Notes: generated by a model from the letters alone, not told the origin. A DNA stretch of 34,396 bases from Candidatus Nomurabacteria bacterium RIFCSPLOWO2_01_FULL_33_17 (GCA_001786995.1 MFUO01000006.1:1-34396), one strand, 5' to 3'. Positions 15,700-25,808 are shown, numbered from the stretch's first letter. Numbers and translations: made by a program.

Positions 15700-16483
15700 A
15701 TGAAAAAATTTTCTATAAATAATAGATATGGTTTAAATATTATTGGGAGTATTTTAATTCCAGAAAATTCTATTGGTCTAGCGTTTGTATTACATGGACT
15801 GGGGGGGGTTCCAAGCTCAAGATAATATACAACAAATTATAAATGTTTTTTATAAAAATAATTATACAGTTGTAAGTTTTGACGCTACAAATTCTATTGG
15901 TGAATCTGGTGGTAAATATGAAGATGCAACATTGGGTAAACATTATGAAGATTTAGTAGATGTTATTAATTGGTCCAAAAAACAAGAATGGTTTATTAAA
16001 AATTTTATATTAGCCGGGCATAGTATGGGTGGATATGCTGTTTTGCGTTATGCTGAGGAATTTCCTGATGAAGTAAAAGCAGTATTTCCGTATGCACCAG
16101 TAATTTCTGGTGAGCTAAGTATTGAAGCACATAAAAAATTTGAATCAGAAAAATTTAAAATTTGGGAAGAAACTGGTTGGCAAACTAGAATTAGTAAATC
16201 AAAACCAGGTTTAGAAAAGAAATTACCATTTTCACATATAGTAGAGAGATTAAAACATGACTTAAGATTAAAAGCCGAAAATTTAAACATGCCTGTATTC
16301 ATTATTGTTGGTGAAAAAGATGAATCTTGTCCACCAAATCACCAGAAAATTTTTTATGATTTAATACCAAAAGATACAAAAAAAGAATTATATATTGTTA
16401 AAGGAGCTCCACATACAATACGCGAAACTGAGCAAGTTCGTGAATTACTTAATTCTCTGGATTCTTGGCTTAAAAAATTATAA
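15700..16483 (+). pseudogene. Alpha/beta hydrolase, frameshifted at a G8 tract
   Basis: ATG 15700 frame reads ...AFVLHGLGG then stops at 15823-15825; the downstream frame carries GHSMGG, GEKD, GAPH. Removing one G from 15801-15808 joins them. Confidence 0.85.
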
Positions 16484-16565
16484 GTCTTCCATTTTACAAA
16501 CGGCCGTTTCTTAAATGGAAGACTAGTATAACAAATTTCAACGGCCGTTGAAATTTGTTATACTA
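16483..16565. repeat. Two abutting 42-bp palindromes sharing an AACGGCCGTT centre
   Basis: 16483-16524 (19 of 21 pairs) and 16524-16565 (perfect). Confidence 0.92.
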
Positions 16566-16611
16566 ACTGAATGATTTGGTTAATTTTATGGGTGCGTGGT
16601 ATTATGAATTT

Positions 16612-17253
16612 ATGAAAATTACAAAGTTGGGGCATTGTTGTTTAGTTATTGAATATAAAGGCAAAAGGATTTTGACTGATCCTGGGTCATATAGCAGTAG
16701 TCAAAATGAAGTCAAAGATATTGATCTTATTTTAATTACTCATGAGCATCCTGACCATTTACACATAGAATCACTTGAAATGATACTTCAAAATAATCCA
16801 CAAATAAAAATAATCACTAATACATCTGTTGGTGAAATAATAAAACAAAAAGGAATTATTTTTGATATTGTTGAAGATGGCCAAAATACAATATTTGATG
16901 AAATATTAATTGAAGGATTTGGAACTAAACATGAAGAAATTTATCAAGAAATGGGCAGGGTACAAAATACTGGTTATTTTATTGATAATAAGCTTTTTTA
17001 TCCCGGAGATGCTTTTACAAATCCTGGGAAGCCTATAGAAATTTTAGCTTTACCAATTGTTGCTCCTTGGATGCATTTTAAAACGGCAATCCAATATGCA
17101 ATAGAGGTTAAACCTAAAACTATTTTTCCAGTGCATGATGGTATGCTTATCCCAGGACGAGTTGGTCCAATATATCGTTTACCACCACAAATTTTTGAAC
17201 CATATAATATTAAATTTATTCCTTTGCAAGAAGGAGAATCTTTTGAAGCATAA
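16612..17253 (+). CDS. MBL-fold metallo-hydrolase
   Basis: KLGHCC, TDPG, THEHPDH, YPGDA, PVHD; start ATG 16612. Confidence 0.92.
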   Translation: MKITKLGHCCLVIEYKGKRILTDPGSYSSSQNEVKDIDLILITHEHPDHLHIESLEMILQNNPQIKIITNTSVGEIIKQKGIIFDIVEDGQNTIFDEILIEGFGTKHEEIYQEMGRVQNTGYFIDNKLFYPGDAFTNPGKPIEILALPIVAPWMHFKTAIQYAIEVKPKTIFPVHDGMLIPGRVGPIYRLPPQIFEPYNIKFIPLQEGESFEA

Positions 17254-17276
17254 TTGTGGTATAATAACGGAATGAG

Positions 17277-17392
17277 TCCCGTTAGAAGTTATTCAGTTAA
17301 TTTAGGTTTTATACAATAGATTATGTTTAAATCTTTTTATAAGTTATTAGTTAATAAAGGACGCCCTACAAAGTTGGGCTACTTCTAACGGG
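17277..17392. mobile_element. MITE-like non-coding insertion
   Basis: Terminal inverted repeats TCCCGTTAGAAGT (17277-17289) / ACTTCTAACGGGA (17381-17393); ATGAG direct repeat at 17272-17276 and 17393-17397. Confidence 0.7.
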
Positions 17393-17653
17393 ATGAGCAA
17401 TTGGGCTATTGTTGGAATTATTATTGTGGTGTTATTGATTACATCGCCAGGACGGAGAGTTTTGGTTATTGCTTTTGGTGTTATTTATATTCCGTTACAG
17501 CATATTTTTATGTGGTTGCAAAAAATTAATTTGTCGTTAAAAGATAAAGATCCTTTGTCGTATTATTTGTCTTGCATTGTTATTTATCCTTTATATGCAA
17601 TTATTATTCCATTGTCCAAGCTTTATGAAACTTTTAGTGAATCATCACATTAA
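17393..17653 (+). CDS. Small membrane protein
   Basis: 86-aa hydrophobic ORF followed by a terminator. Confidence 0.65.
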   Translation: MSNWAIVGIIIVVLLITSPGRRVLVIAFGVIYIPLQHIFMWLQKINLSLKDKDPLSYYLSCIVIYPLYAIIIPLSKLYETFSESSH

Positions 17654-17675
17654 ACCCCATACATGGGGATTTTTT
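17652..17675 (+). terminator. Intrinsic terminator
   Basis: CCCCAT-AC-ATGGGG followed by ATTTTTT. Confidence 0.7.
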
Positions 17676-17700
17676 CTTAAATATGCTAATATAAATTTAT

Positions 17701-19041
17701 ATGCAAAATAGAATTTTAGTTAAGAACACAAGTGAAAATGTAGGTCAAACCGTGATTATGGCTGGGTGGGTAAATAACCGCCGAGACCAAGGTAAAATGG
17801 TGTTTTTTGACTTACGAGATATGTCTGGAATATTGCAATGTGTGGTGTTACCAAACCATATTGAAGCTCTAGAATCTGCGAAAGATATTCGCCCAGAATG
17901 GGTCTTAAAAATTACTGGAGTTGTAAATAAAAGACCAGAAAAAAATATCAATATAAATATTGTTGGCGGAGATGTAGAATTGGAAGTTACAGAAATTGAA
18001 ATATTAAGTGCTACAAAAGAATTACCATTTGCAAATGACGCCGAGCTTAATTTAGACACACTACTTGATTATCGTCCTTTGACATTGCGACGACAACGCG
18101 AGCAGGCGATATTTAAAGTTCAAAATGTAATTTTACAGTCTTTTAGAGAATTTTTAAATAGTGAAAACTTTACCGAATTTCGTGCACCAGCTATTGTTGG
18201 TGATGATGCCGAAGGTGGAACAGAGGTTTTTAAATTTGATTATTTTTACGACCAAAAAGCATCACTTGCTACAAGTCCACAATTATACAAACAAATGATG
18301 GTTGGTGTATTTGAAAGAGTTTACACAATAGCAAATGTTTTCCGTGCTGAAAAGCATGCCACAACTAGACATTTGAATGAATATACCTCATTGGACTTAG
18401 AAATGGGGTACATAGATGGACCTGTTGATGTAATGAAATTAGAAACAAGATTACTGCGGTATGTTGCAGAATCTTTGAAAGAAAAATGTAGTGCTGAATT
18501 TAAACTACTTGGTGCAGATTTTCCGCTTATCCCAGAAAGTGAAGTTTTCCCAATGATGAAACTAACTGAAGCTCAAGAATTAATTTCACAAGCTACCGGT
18601 GTAGATTGTACAAAAGAACCAGATCTAGATCCTGAGCACGAACGATGGCTTTGTGAATATTCAAAAAAAGAATTTAATTCAGATTTTATTTTTATTACAA
18701 ATTACCCACGAAGTAAAAGACCATTTTATGCAATGGATGATCCCGAGATTGAAGGCCGTACCAAATGTTATGATTTGCTTTTCAGGGGACTTGAACTTAT
18801 TTCCGGATCTCAAAGAGAGCATAGATATGAACAACTTGTAGAAAAAATGAAATTCAAAGGTCTCGATCCAGAAAAATTTAGTTTTTATTTACAAGCATTC
18901 AAATATGGTTTACCACCACATGGAGGTTTGGGTATGGGTTTAGAACGGTTAACCGCTAGATTTTTAAATATACCAAATATAAAAGAAGCAACACTTTTCC
19001 CAAGAGATATTAATCGTATAGATAAAAGATTGAGTGAATAG
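17701..19041 (+). CDS. aspS: Aspartate--tRNA(Asp/Asn) ligase, short archaeal-type
   Basis: OB-fold GWV...FFDLRD, AEGG, SPQLYKQMM, FRAE, PPHGGLGMGLER, FPRD; 446 aa with no GAD insertion. Confidence 0.92.
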   Translation: MQNRILVKNTSENVGQTVIMAGWVNNRRDQGKMVFFDLRDMSGILQCVVLPNHIEALESAKDIRPEWVLKITGVVNKRPEKNININIVGGDVELEVTEIEILSATKELPFANDAELNLDTLLDYRPLTLRRQREQAIFKVQNVILQSFREFLNSENFTEFRAPAIVGDDAEGGTEVFKFDYFYDQKASLATSPQLYKQMMVGVFERVYTIANVFRAEKHATTRHLNEYTSLDLEMGYIDGPVDVMKLETRLLRYVAESLKEKCSAEFKLLGADFPLIPESEVFPMMKLTEAQELISQATGVDCTKEPDLDPEHERWLCEYSKKEFNSDFIFITNYPRSKRPFYAMDDPEIEGRTKCYDLLFRGLELISGSQREHRYEQLVEKMKFKGLDPEKFSFYLQAFKYGLPPHGGLGMGLERLTARFLNIPNIKEATLFPRDINRIDKRLSE

Positions 19042-19042
19042 T

Positions 19043-19816
19043 ATGGATGAAACCGTTTATCAAGTTAAAACGGAAAAGTTTCAAGGGCCACTTGATGTTT
19101 TGTTATCTCTGATTGAGAAAAAGAAAATGCACATTAGTGATGTATCACTGGCAAGTGTAACTGATGATTATATTTCATATCTTTCGGGTAATATCAGTGA
19201 TGATTTACCTAATGTAACTTTGTTTTTGTCTATTGCGGCAACATTGGTTTATATGAAATCTAAAATGTTGCTTGATGACGGGTCATTGCAGGATACCGAG
19301 ATGAATGATGCCGGGCATAATTTGGAAGAAAGATTAAGACTATTATCGTCATTACGAAATGGGACAAATGCATATTTAAATTCTATTCCTTCCCCATATA
19401 TAAAACTTTTAAGAAAAAAGAATTTACTTAGTGTTTCATTTCAACCATATGAATCTGTAAATAAAAAAAATCTTTTTGAAATTGCAAGTTTATTAATTCA
19501 ATCTCTACCCGAAGAAAAAGAAAAATTACAAAAAGTCTCTGTCCTACGCGTTGTATCTCTTGAAGAAATGATTTATAAAATAAATAAAACATTAAAAACT
19601 GTTCAAGGTAAAATTTCTTTTTCAAAACTTGCAAATGCTGCAAGTTTTGATTCTATGAATTTTAAAGAAAAAAAGGTATCTGTGATAATTAGTTTTTTGG
19701 CAGTTTTAGAACTGATGCACGGAGGGCTTTTGAACATTGAGCAAAGCTCTACATATGGTGATATACTATGTGAATCTATGAATGAAATACCAGTAGTAAC
19801 AAAAGATATATCATGA
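19043..19816 (+). CDS. scpA: Segregation and condensation protein A
   Basis: FQGPLDVLLSLI, AATLVYMKSKMLL, FLAVLEL. Confidence 0.92.
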   Translation: MDETVYQVKTEKFQGPLDVLLSLIEKKKMHISDVSLASVTDDYISYLSGNISDDLPNVTLFLSIAATLVYMKSKMLLDDGSLQDTEMNDAGHNLEERLRLLSSLRNGTNAYLNSIPSPYIKLLRKKNLLSVSFQPYESVNKKNLFEIASLLIQSLPEEKEKLQKVSVLRVVSLEEMIYKINKTLKTVQGKISFSKLANAASFDSMNFKEKKVSVIISFLAVLELMHGGLLNIEQSSTYGDILCESMNEIPVVTKDIS

Positions 19817-20358
19817 GTGAACTTGCAAATATAATTGTTGGAATATTATTTTATGAGTCAGATTCATTAAAGCTTGAAGAGCTTGTTAGTTTGACAGGTA
19901 AAAAAGAAGATAAAATAAAAGAAGCAATAAATGAAATTTCTGAAATTTATAATACGTCAAATTCATCTATTAATTTACTTTCGCATAATGATTCATATCA
20001 GTTTACGATAACAGGAGAAGCTCGTGATTTAATAATGGTAAGAGATGCTAAAGAAAGAGATGGTGAATTGTCCCGCGCTGCACTTGAAACATTATCATTG
20101 ATAATATATCTTTCCCATGCTACAAAAAATGAAATTGATTATATTCGTGGGGTTCAAAGTTCTTATATGTTACGAGTGCTTGTGTCTCGAGGTCTTATTG
20201 CACGAGGCTCAAAGTCTGGGAATCAAACAATATATATTCCAACTATAGAAACATTAAGATTTATGGGATTGGAGAAAATAGAAGATATGCCAGATTATGA
20301 AAAAATTCATAATGATTTATCGGTTGCTGCGAAAAATAGTTTTATAATATCAGAATAA
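19813..20358 (+). CDS. scpB: SMC-Scp complex subunit ScpB
   Basis: LSRAALETLSLIIY, EIDYIRGV; ATGA overlap with scpA. Confidence 0.92.
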   Translation: MSELANIIVGILFYESDSLKLEELVSLTGKKEDKIKEAINEISEIYNTSNSSINLLSHNDSYQFTITGEARDLIMVRDAKERDGELSRAALETLSLIIYLSHATKNEIDYIRGVQSSYMLRVLVSRGLIARGSKSGNQTIYIPTIETLRFMGLEKIEDMPDYEKIHNDLSVAAKNSFIISE

Positions 20359-20362
20359 TTAT

Positions 20363-21421
20363 ATGTCAGAATCTTCTTTACACATTGCTTCATTACTTGC
20401 ATCTGGCGCAATTGCAGTATTTTTGGGGTTTGGTATTGCTCCTGGTTTTCGACGTTTTGTTTATAAATTTAAACTATGGCGTCAAACTAGTAGATCAGAA
20501 AATACGACAAATTCTAGTTTTCATTTAATTAATAATAAAGAAGAAACAAGTATTCCACGAGTTGGTGGGGCATTGATTATACTTATTACTATATTTACTA
20601 TTTTAATTTTATTTATTTTAGCAAGATTTTCCAATATTTCTGCATTTAATTCATTAGATTTTTTATCTCGATCACAAACATTATTACCATTAGGAGCGTT
20701 TATATTAGCGGGGGCAATTGGATTTTTTGATGATGCAATTGGGATTTGGGGTAAAGGATATTGGGCGACGGATCCGGTTCGTTTACGAATCATTAAATCT
20801 ATATCGATTATATTTTTAGGCTTACTTTTGGGACTTTGGTTTTATGTCAAACTTGGGATATCAACTGTACATATACCATGGTATGGGGATATTAATATTG
20901 GTTTTTTATTTGTACCATTTTTTATACTTGTTTTGTATAGTGTTTTTTCAGGAAGCGTTATTGATGGTATAGATGGTTTGTCCGGAGGAGTATTATTGTC
21001 TTCATTTGGGGCATATGCTGTAATTACATTTTTTAGACATCAATATGATTTGTCTGCATTAGCAGTAATTATACTTGCGAGCTTGCTTGTTTTTTTGTGG
21101 TATAACATTATACCTGCCGAATTTTATATGGGAGAAACGGGGATGGTAGCATTAACAACTTTGATAACAATTTATGCATTTTTTACTGATACTGTATTAC
21201 TTTTACCTATTCTTGTTTTTCCTTTATTTATTACATCTATATCTGTTGTCCTTCAGCTTGTTTCAAAAAAATTACGCCGTGGTAAAAAAATATTTATTAT
21301 TGCTCCACTTCATCATCATTTTGAAGCATTGGGTTGGGGTAGACCCAAAGTTGTAATGCGTTTTTGGATTATAAGCTTTATTACATCACTTATTGGCAGT
21401 GTGTTTGTTTTTGTAAGTTAA
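20363..21421 (+). CDS. mraY: Phospho-N-acetylmuramoyl-pentapeptide transferase
   Basis: PRVGG, IGFFDD, DGIDGL, FYMGETG, APLHHHFE. Confidence 0.93.
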   Translation: MSESSLHIASLLASGAIAVFLGFGIAPGFRRFVYKFKLWRQTSRSENTTNSSFHLINNKEETSIPRVGGALIILITIFTILILFILARFSNISAFNSLDFLSRSQTLLPLGAFILAGAIGFFDDAIGIWGKGYWATDPVRLRIIKSISIIFLGLLLGLWFYVKLGISTVHIPWYGDINIGFLFVPFFILVLYSVFSGSVIDGIDGLSGGVLLSSFGAYAVITFFRHQYDLSALAVIILASLLVFLWYNIIPAEFYMGETGMVALTTLITIYAFFTDTVLLLPILVFPLFITSISVVLQLVSKKLRRGKKIFIIAPLHHHFEALGWGRPKVVMRFWIISFITSLIGSVFVFVS

Positions 21422-21423
21422 AT

Positions 21424-22560
21424 ATGAAAAAGCTTTTTGAATCAGATAAGGTTTTAATAACTACATTTGGATTACTTTTGATTATTGGTTTATTATTTTT
21501 TTTATCTGCATCACTTGGTGTTTTGGCATCTAATGGTGCAAAATTTAATTCAATAATACAAAATCAGCTTCTTTTTGGATTTTTAGGAAGTATAATTTCT
21601 TTTATTATTATAATTCGTATACCAACAACATTTTGGCAAAAGTATGCATCATTATTATTTTTTATATCTTTAATATTAACAGCACTTGTTTATATTCCAG
21701 GAATTGGTATTAGTCATGGTGGTGCTGTGCGTTGGATTGATATTGGTCCTGTTTCTTTTCAACCAAGTGATTTTTTAAAAGCCGGAGTACTTTTATATTT
21801 ATCAGCATTATATTCAAAATTTTTAAATAAAAATAATATTCAAAATAATAAACTAAAACCAATAAATATATTTTCTTTGATAGCACCAGCTGTTATTATT
21901 TTAGGTCTTTGTTCTTTGGTTCTTCTTTTTCAACCAGATACAAAAAGTGTTGTACTTATATTTCTTATGGTATCAGTAATTTTGTTTATTGTTGGTTTAC
22001 CTTATAAAATTATTATAAGTATTTTAGGGATTTTAATAATTGTTACGACAATGCTTATCATGAGTAAGCCATATATAAAAGATAGATTTGAAACTTTTCT
22101 TAATCCAGAAAGAGATCCACGAGGTAGTTCATATCAACTTAAACAATCATTGATTGGATTTGGTAGTGGTGGGTTAATAGGACAAGGATTTGGTCAAAGT
22201 GTTCAAAAATTTAATTTTCTTCCTGAACCACAAGGAGATTCGATTTTTGCTGTTGTTGGTGAAGAAGTTGGTTTTATTGGATCTATAGTTATTATTGGTC
22301 TTTATCTTATTTTTATTTTAAGAGGTATTAAATTAGTCTCAACATTGGAATCACCATTTGGAAGATTGTTTTTTGTTGGGTTTTTTACTTTATTTGCATT
22401 TCAAACATTTCTTAATATTGGTTCAATAACAGGGCTTATTCCATTAACTGGTGTTACATTGCCATTAATGAGTCAAGGTGGAACCTCGTTATTAATAACA
22501 TGTTCTTTGTTTGCAATAGTTGTTAGATTATTATATGAACAAAATAAATTACATAATTAG
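21424..22560 (+). CDS. ftsW: FtsW/RodA SEDS family glycosyltransferase
   Basis: GAVRWI, FQPSDFLK, QPD, YQLKQS, LPEPQGDSIFAVVGEEVG, PLTGVTLPLMSQGG. Confidence 0.92.
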   Translation: MKKLFESDKVLITTFGLLLIIGLLFFLSASLGVLASNGAKFNSIIQNQLLFGFLGSIISFIIIIRIPTTFWQKYASLLFFISLILTALVYIPGIGISHGGAVRWIDIGPVSFQPSDFLKAGVLLYLSALYSKFLNKNNIQNNKLKPINIFSLIAPAVIILGLCSLVLLFQPDTKSVVLIFLMVSVILFIVGLPYKIIISILGILIIVTTMLIMSKPYIKDRFETFLNPERDPRGSSYQLKQSLIGFGSGGLIGQGFGQSVQKFNFLPEPQGDSIFAVVGEEVGFIGSIVIIGLYLIFILRGIKLVSTLESPFGRLFFVGFFTLFAFQTFLNIGSITGLIPLTGVTLPLMSQGGTSLLITCSLFAIVVRLLYEQNKLHN

Positions 22561-24001
22561 ATTTTTTATATTTGTTATTTGTATAATTTTTTATACACCC
22601 AATGTATATGCCGGAAATTTAACAATTACAGAGATAATGTATGACTTAGATGGTAGTGATATTGATTGGGTAGAAATTTATAATTCAAGTAGTAATGATA
22701 TAGATATTACTACTTTAGGACTTTTTATTAGTAATTCTACTTCTAATCATGGCATTATAAAATATGAAGGATCACAAGTTATTAAACCTGATAAATATGG
22801 TGTTATAGTTCCAACTTCACAAATATCTTCTTTTATAACTAAATGGGGAAGTTCATTAAATATTTTTACAAGTTCTTTTTCTTTACCAAATAGTACAGCT
22901 AAAATAGAAATTAATAATGGAGACAAAAATGCACCAATTTCTTCAGTTACCTATAGTTCATCCCAAGGTGCTACTAATGATGGTAAAAGTTTACAATTAA
23001 ATAATTCTAATTCTTGGGTATCTGGTAATCCAAGTCCTGGAGCTGGGTTTAGTCAAAATACTTCTCTAGAAAATAATAATACACAAAATCAAAATACTAG
23101 TCTAACACCTACAACAGTATCATCTAGTCCAGAAATAACAAAAGTTTACAAAGAACCAGTAATGCAATTTGTTTTTGATGTTCCTATAAATGTTATTGTT
23201 GGTAATAATACAACAATGAAGACAAAACTTTTGGGTTATAGCGGAGAAACAATCAATAATGGTTTATTTGTTTGGAATTTTGGTGATGGACAAACAATAA
23301 ATTTAAATACTAATACTAATGTTGAACATGCATATCTTTTTCCGGGAACTTATACTATTAGCTGCTCGTATTTTTATGGGTCTTGGTATGGCAAACCAGT
23401 GGTAGTTGGTCGTACTAAAATAGAAGTTATAGAATCTCCTTTGGAGATTAAAGATATTTATAGAGAACCATATCCGGCATTGCGTATTAGTAATAATTCT
23501 GATAATGAATATGATATTAGTAATTATATTATTCAAACAAAAAATACAAATATTACAATACCCGTTGGTACTTATATTGGTGAAGATGATGATATTGTAA
23601 TTGTTTTACCAAACCAAACCGAATTAGATGGAGAAATAAAATTATTATCACCATTGGGTTATACCAGTACTATATTTAATAAAACTAATACAAATAAAAC
23701 AGTTTTGAGTTTAAATAATAATATAAATGATACTACAAATAATGTTTTAAAAAATAATCAAAATATAAATTTATTTGAAACAGATTTTAGTAATACAGAA
23801 ATATTTGATAATAAAAATAATACAGATAAAATAATTAATTTGGACAATAATCTAGAAGAGAATTCTAAAAATAATAAATCAATATATTTACAATTATTCT
23901 TCATTATTGCATTTTCTATTGGTCTATTAGTTTTTTTAAGATTATATATAAAAAAAGAAAATAAAAACAATTCTGATGATTATGCTTTACAAGACGAGTA
24001 G
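22535..24001 (+). CDS. Surface protein with lamin-tail and PKD domains
   Basis: Signal peptide, ITEIMYD..DWVEIYN, PSPG, WNFGDG...HAYLFPGTY, Asn-rich stalk, C-terminal TM. Confidence 0.85.
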   Translation: MNKINYIIRFFIFVICIIFYTPNVYAGNLTITEIMYDLDGSDIDWVEIYNSSSNDIDITTLGLFISNSTSNHGIIKYEGSQVIKPDKYGVIVPTSQISSFITKWGSSLNIFTSSFSLPNSTAKIEINNGDKNAPISSVTYSSSQGATNDGKSLQLNNSNSWVSGNPSPGAGFSQNTSLENNNTQNQNTSLTPTTVSSSPEITKVYKEPVMQFVFDVPINVIVGNNTTMKTKLLGYSGETINNGLFVWNFGDGQTINLNTNTNVEHAYLFPGTYTISCSYFYGSWYGKPVVVGRTKIEVIESPLEIKDIYREPYPALRISNNSDNEYDISNYIIQTKNTNITIPVGTYIGEDDDIVIVLPNQTELDGEIKLLSPLGYTSTIFNKTNTNKTVLSLNNNINDTTNNVLKNNQNINLFETDFSNTEIFDNKNNTDKIINLDNNLEENSKNNKSIYLQLFFIIAFSIGLLVFLRLYIKKENKNNSDDYALQDE

Positions 24002-24022
24002 ATTACATTAAGCTGTATTTGT

Positions 24023-25171
24023 ATGATAATAAAAAAGAATGTAGTTATTGTTGGTGGAGGTTTTGGAGGATTAGAATCTGCTAGGATTTTAGCTAGATAT
24101 AGTAATTTATTTAATATTACCCTTATTTCGAAACAAGAAAACTTTTTATACTATCCAGCACTTTATCAATTAGCTGAAAAGGCCTCTACATATTTTTCCG
24201 TCTTAAAGATTAAAGATATGTTACCAAGATCAATTAATCTGATAATAGATGAAGTTATTGGTTTTGATAGGATTAAAAAAGTTGTTACATTTTCTAATCG
24301 TTCTGATCTATCGTATGACATATTAATTGTTGCATTAGGTAGTGTTACAGAAGATTTTGGTACACCTGGTGTTCGTGAATTCATGTATCAATTTAGAACA
24401 AAAGAAGATTTAGATCGTTTACGAGGTATTATTTTACAATATCTTGATTCAAATCAAAACGAACCAATTATAGTTGTTGGTGGTGGGCCAACCGGGATAG
24501 AGCTTGCCGCACAAATATCTACTTTATTCAAAGGAGAATCGTCGTATGATAATATTCATCCACGGGTAATGGTTATAGAAGCTTTATCTTCTGTTGTTGC
24601 TCAATTACCAGAAAGAGCTCAACATTTTATTAAAAAACATTTATTAAAACTAAAAGTTGCATTATATACAAACACAAAAGTTACATCTTATGATGGGCAT
24701 ATATTAAAAACAAATAATGGAGAATTTATTTCCAAAACCGTAGTTTGGGCTGCAGGGTTGGCTGCAAATCCATTACTTCGTGATTTAAACACTGAAACTG
24801 ATAAAAAGGGTCGTGTAATTGTTAATGAATATTTAGAGATTCCAACTGATAATAATGTATTTGTAATAGGGGATTCAGCTTCAACATTACGAGCAGGATT
24901 GGCACAAACAGCAATATATGATGGGGCTTTTGTTGCCAGATCTATAATTGCACGAACAATAAGACATAAAAGAGAAGTTTATTCAGCCCCAAAACATGTT
25001 GGTTACGCTATTCCTGTTGGTAAAGGTTTTGGCGTTGCATCATTTGGGTCATTTATATTTCGTGGTTTTTTGGGCTCACTTTTTCGTAATATTGTTGATT
25101 TTGAATATATAATAAAACGTGCAGATCTTCGTAGTGCAATTCAAATATTTTTCCACAAAACCCGAGAATAG
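24023..25171 (+). CDS. Type II NADH dehydrogenase-like FAD oxidoreductase
   Basis: VVIVGGGFGG, YDILIVALGS, VVGGGPTGIELA, WAAG, VFVIGD. Confidence 0.9.
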   Translation: MIIKKNVVIVGGGFGGLESARILARYSNLFNITLISKQENFLYYPALYQLAEKASTYFSVLKIKDMLPRSINLIIDEVIGFDRIKKVVTFSNRSDLSYDILIVALGSVTEDFGTPGVREFMYQFRTKEDLDRLRGIILQYLDSNQNEPIIVVGGGPTGIELAAQISTLFKGESSYDNIHPRVMVIEALSSVVAQLPERAQHFIKKHLLKLKVALYTNTKVTSYDGHILKTNNGEFISKTVVWAAGLAANPLLRDLNTETDKKGRVIVNEYLEIPTDNNVFVIGDSASTLRAGLAQTAIYDGAFVARSIIARTIRHKREVYSAPKHVGYAIPVGKGFGVASFGSFIFRGFLGSLFRNIVDFEYIIKRADLRSAIQIFFHKTRE

Positions 25172-25199
25172 AGCTTTATTTGTAAGGGTTTTATAGGGC

Positions 25200-25229
25200 T
25201 TGACAAGGTAGTATGATAGGTGATATAAT
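25200..25229 (+). promoter_or_regulatory. Sigma70-type promoter (leaderless)
   Basis: TTGACA-N18-TATAAT with TGn extension, 6 nt before ATG 25236. Confidence 0.7.
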
Positions 25230-25235
25230 AGAGTT

Positions 25236-25775
25236 ATGAAAAGATATATTAATAATTTAATAATTTTGACAGCTTTCATATTTATTTTTATGTTTAGCTT
25301 GTCTTTAAAAGCTGATGCATCAATTGGTTTCTCAATTGGTTTTGGTGGTAGTAATTATTCTTCAGGTTATAATTATTATGATGGTGGTTATGATCCATAC
25401 ATGAATGATTATTATGGATATAATACTAATTACAATTATTCAAATTATTATTCTCCAAGTTATTATGCTGGAACTAATTATAATTATGCTGGTACTCCTT
25501 TATATAATAATTTGTATAACAATTATTATAATCAAGGTTATTATAATAACTCAGTAGCCCCAATGAATTGTTTTATGTCTGGTTATCCATGTGATAATTA
25601 TGGGTATAATAACTACAACTATAATAATTATAACAATAACTATAATAATTATAGTCTATCTTCTCCATTATATACTTACGGAGGAGATTCGAATTATTAT
25701 TCAAATAATAATTATTATGATTATGGTTCATCCCTTTCTTACTCTAATTCCGGTTCTATGTATAGACGACGCTAA
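25236..25775 (+). CDS. Secreted Tyr/Asn/Ser/Gly-rich low-complexity protein
   Basis: Signal peptide ending ADA, then YN-rich repeats; has its own promoter and terminator. Confidence 0.75.
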   Translation: MKRYINNLIILTAFIFIFMFSLSLKADASIGFSIGFGGSNYSSGYNYYDGGYDPYMNDYYGYNTNYNYSNYYSPSYYAGTNYNYAGTPLYNNLYNNYYNQGYYNNSVAPMNCFMSGYPCDNYGYNNYNYNNYNNNYNNYSLSSPLYTYGGDSNYYSNNNYYDYGSSLSYSNSGSMYRRR

Positions 25776-25808
25776 TAAACGAATTCAAATATACAAAAAC
25801 CAATATAT

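Noticed and set aside
15785..16483. ORF-track hydrolase starting at TTG 15785
   Set aside because: Its N-terminus is an artefact of the G8 frameshift; the real start is ATG 15700.
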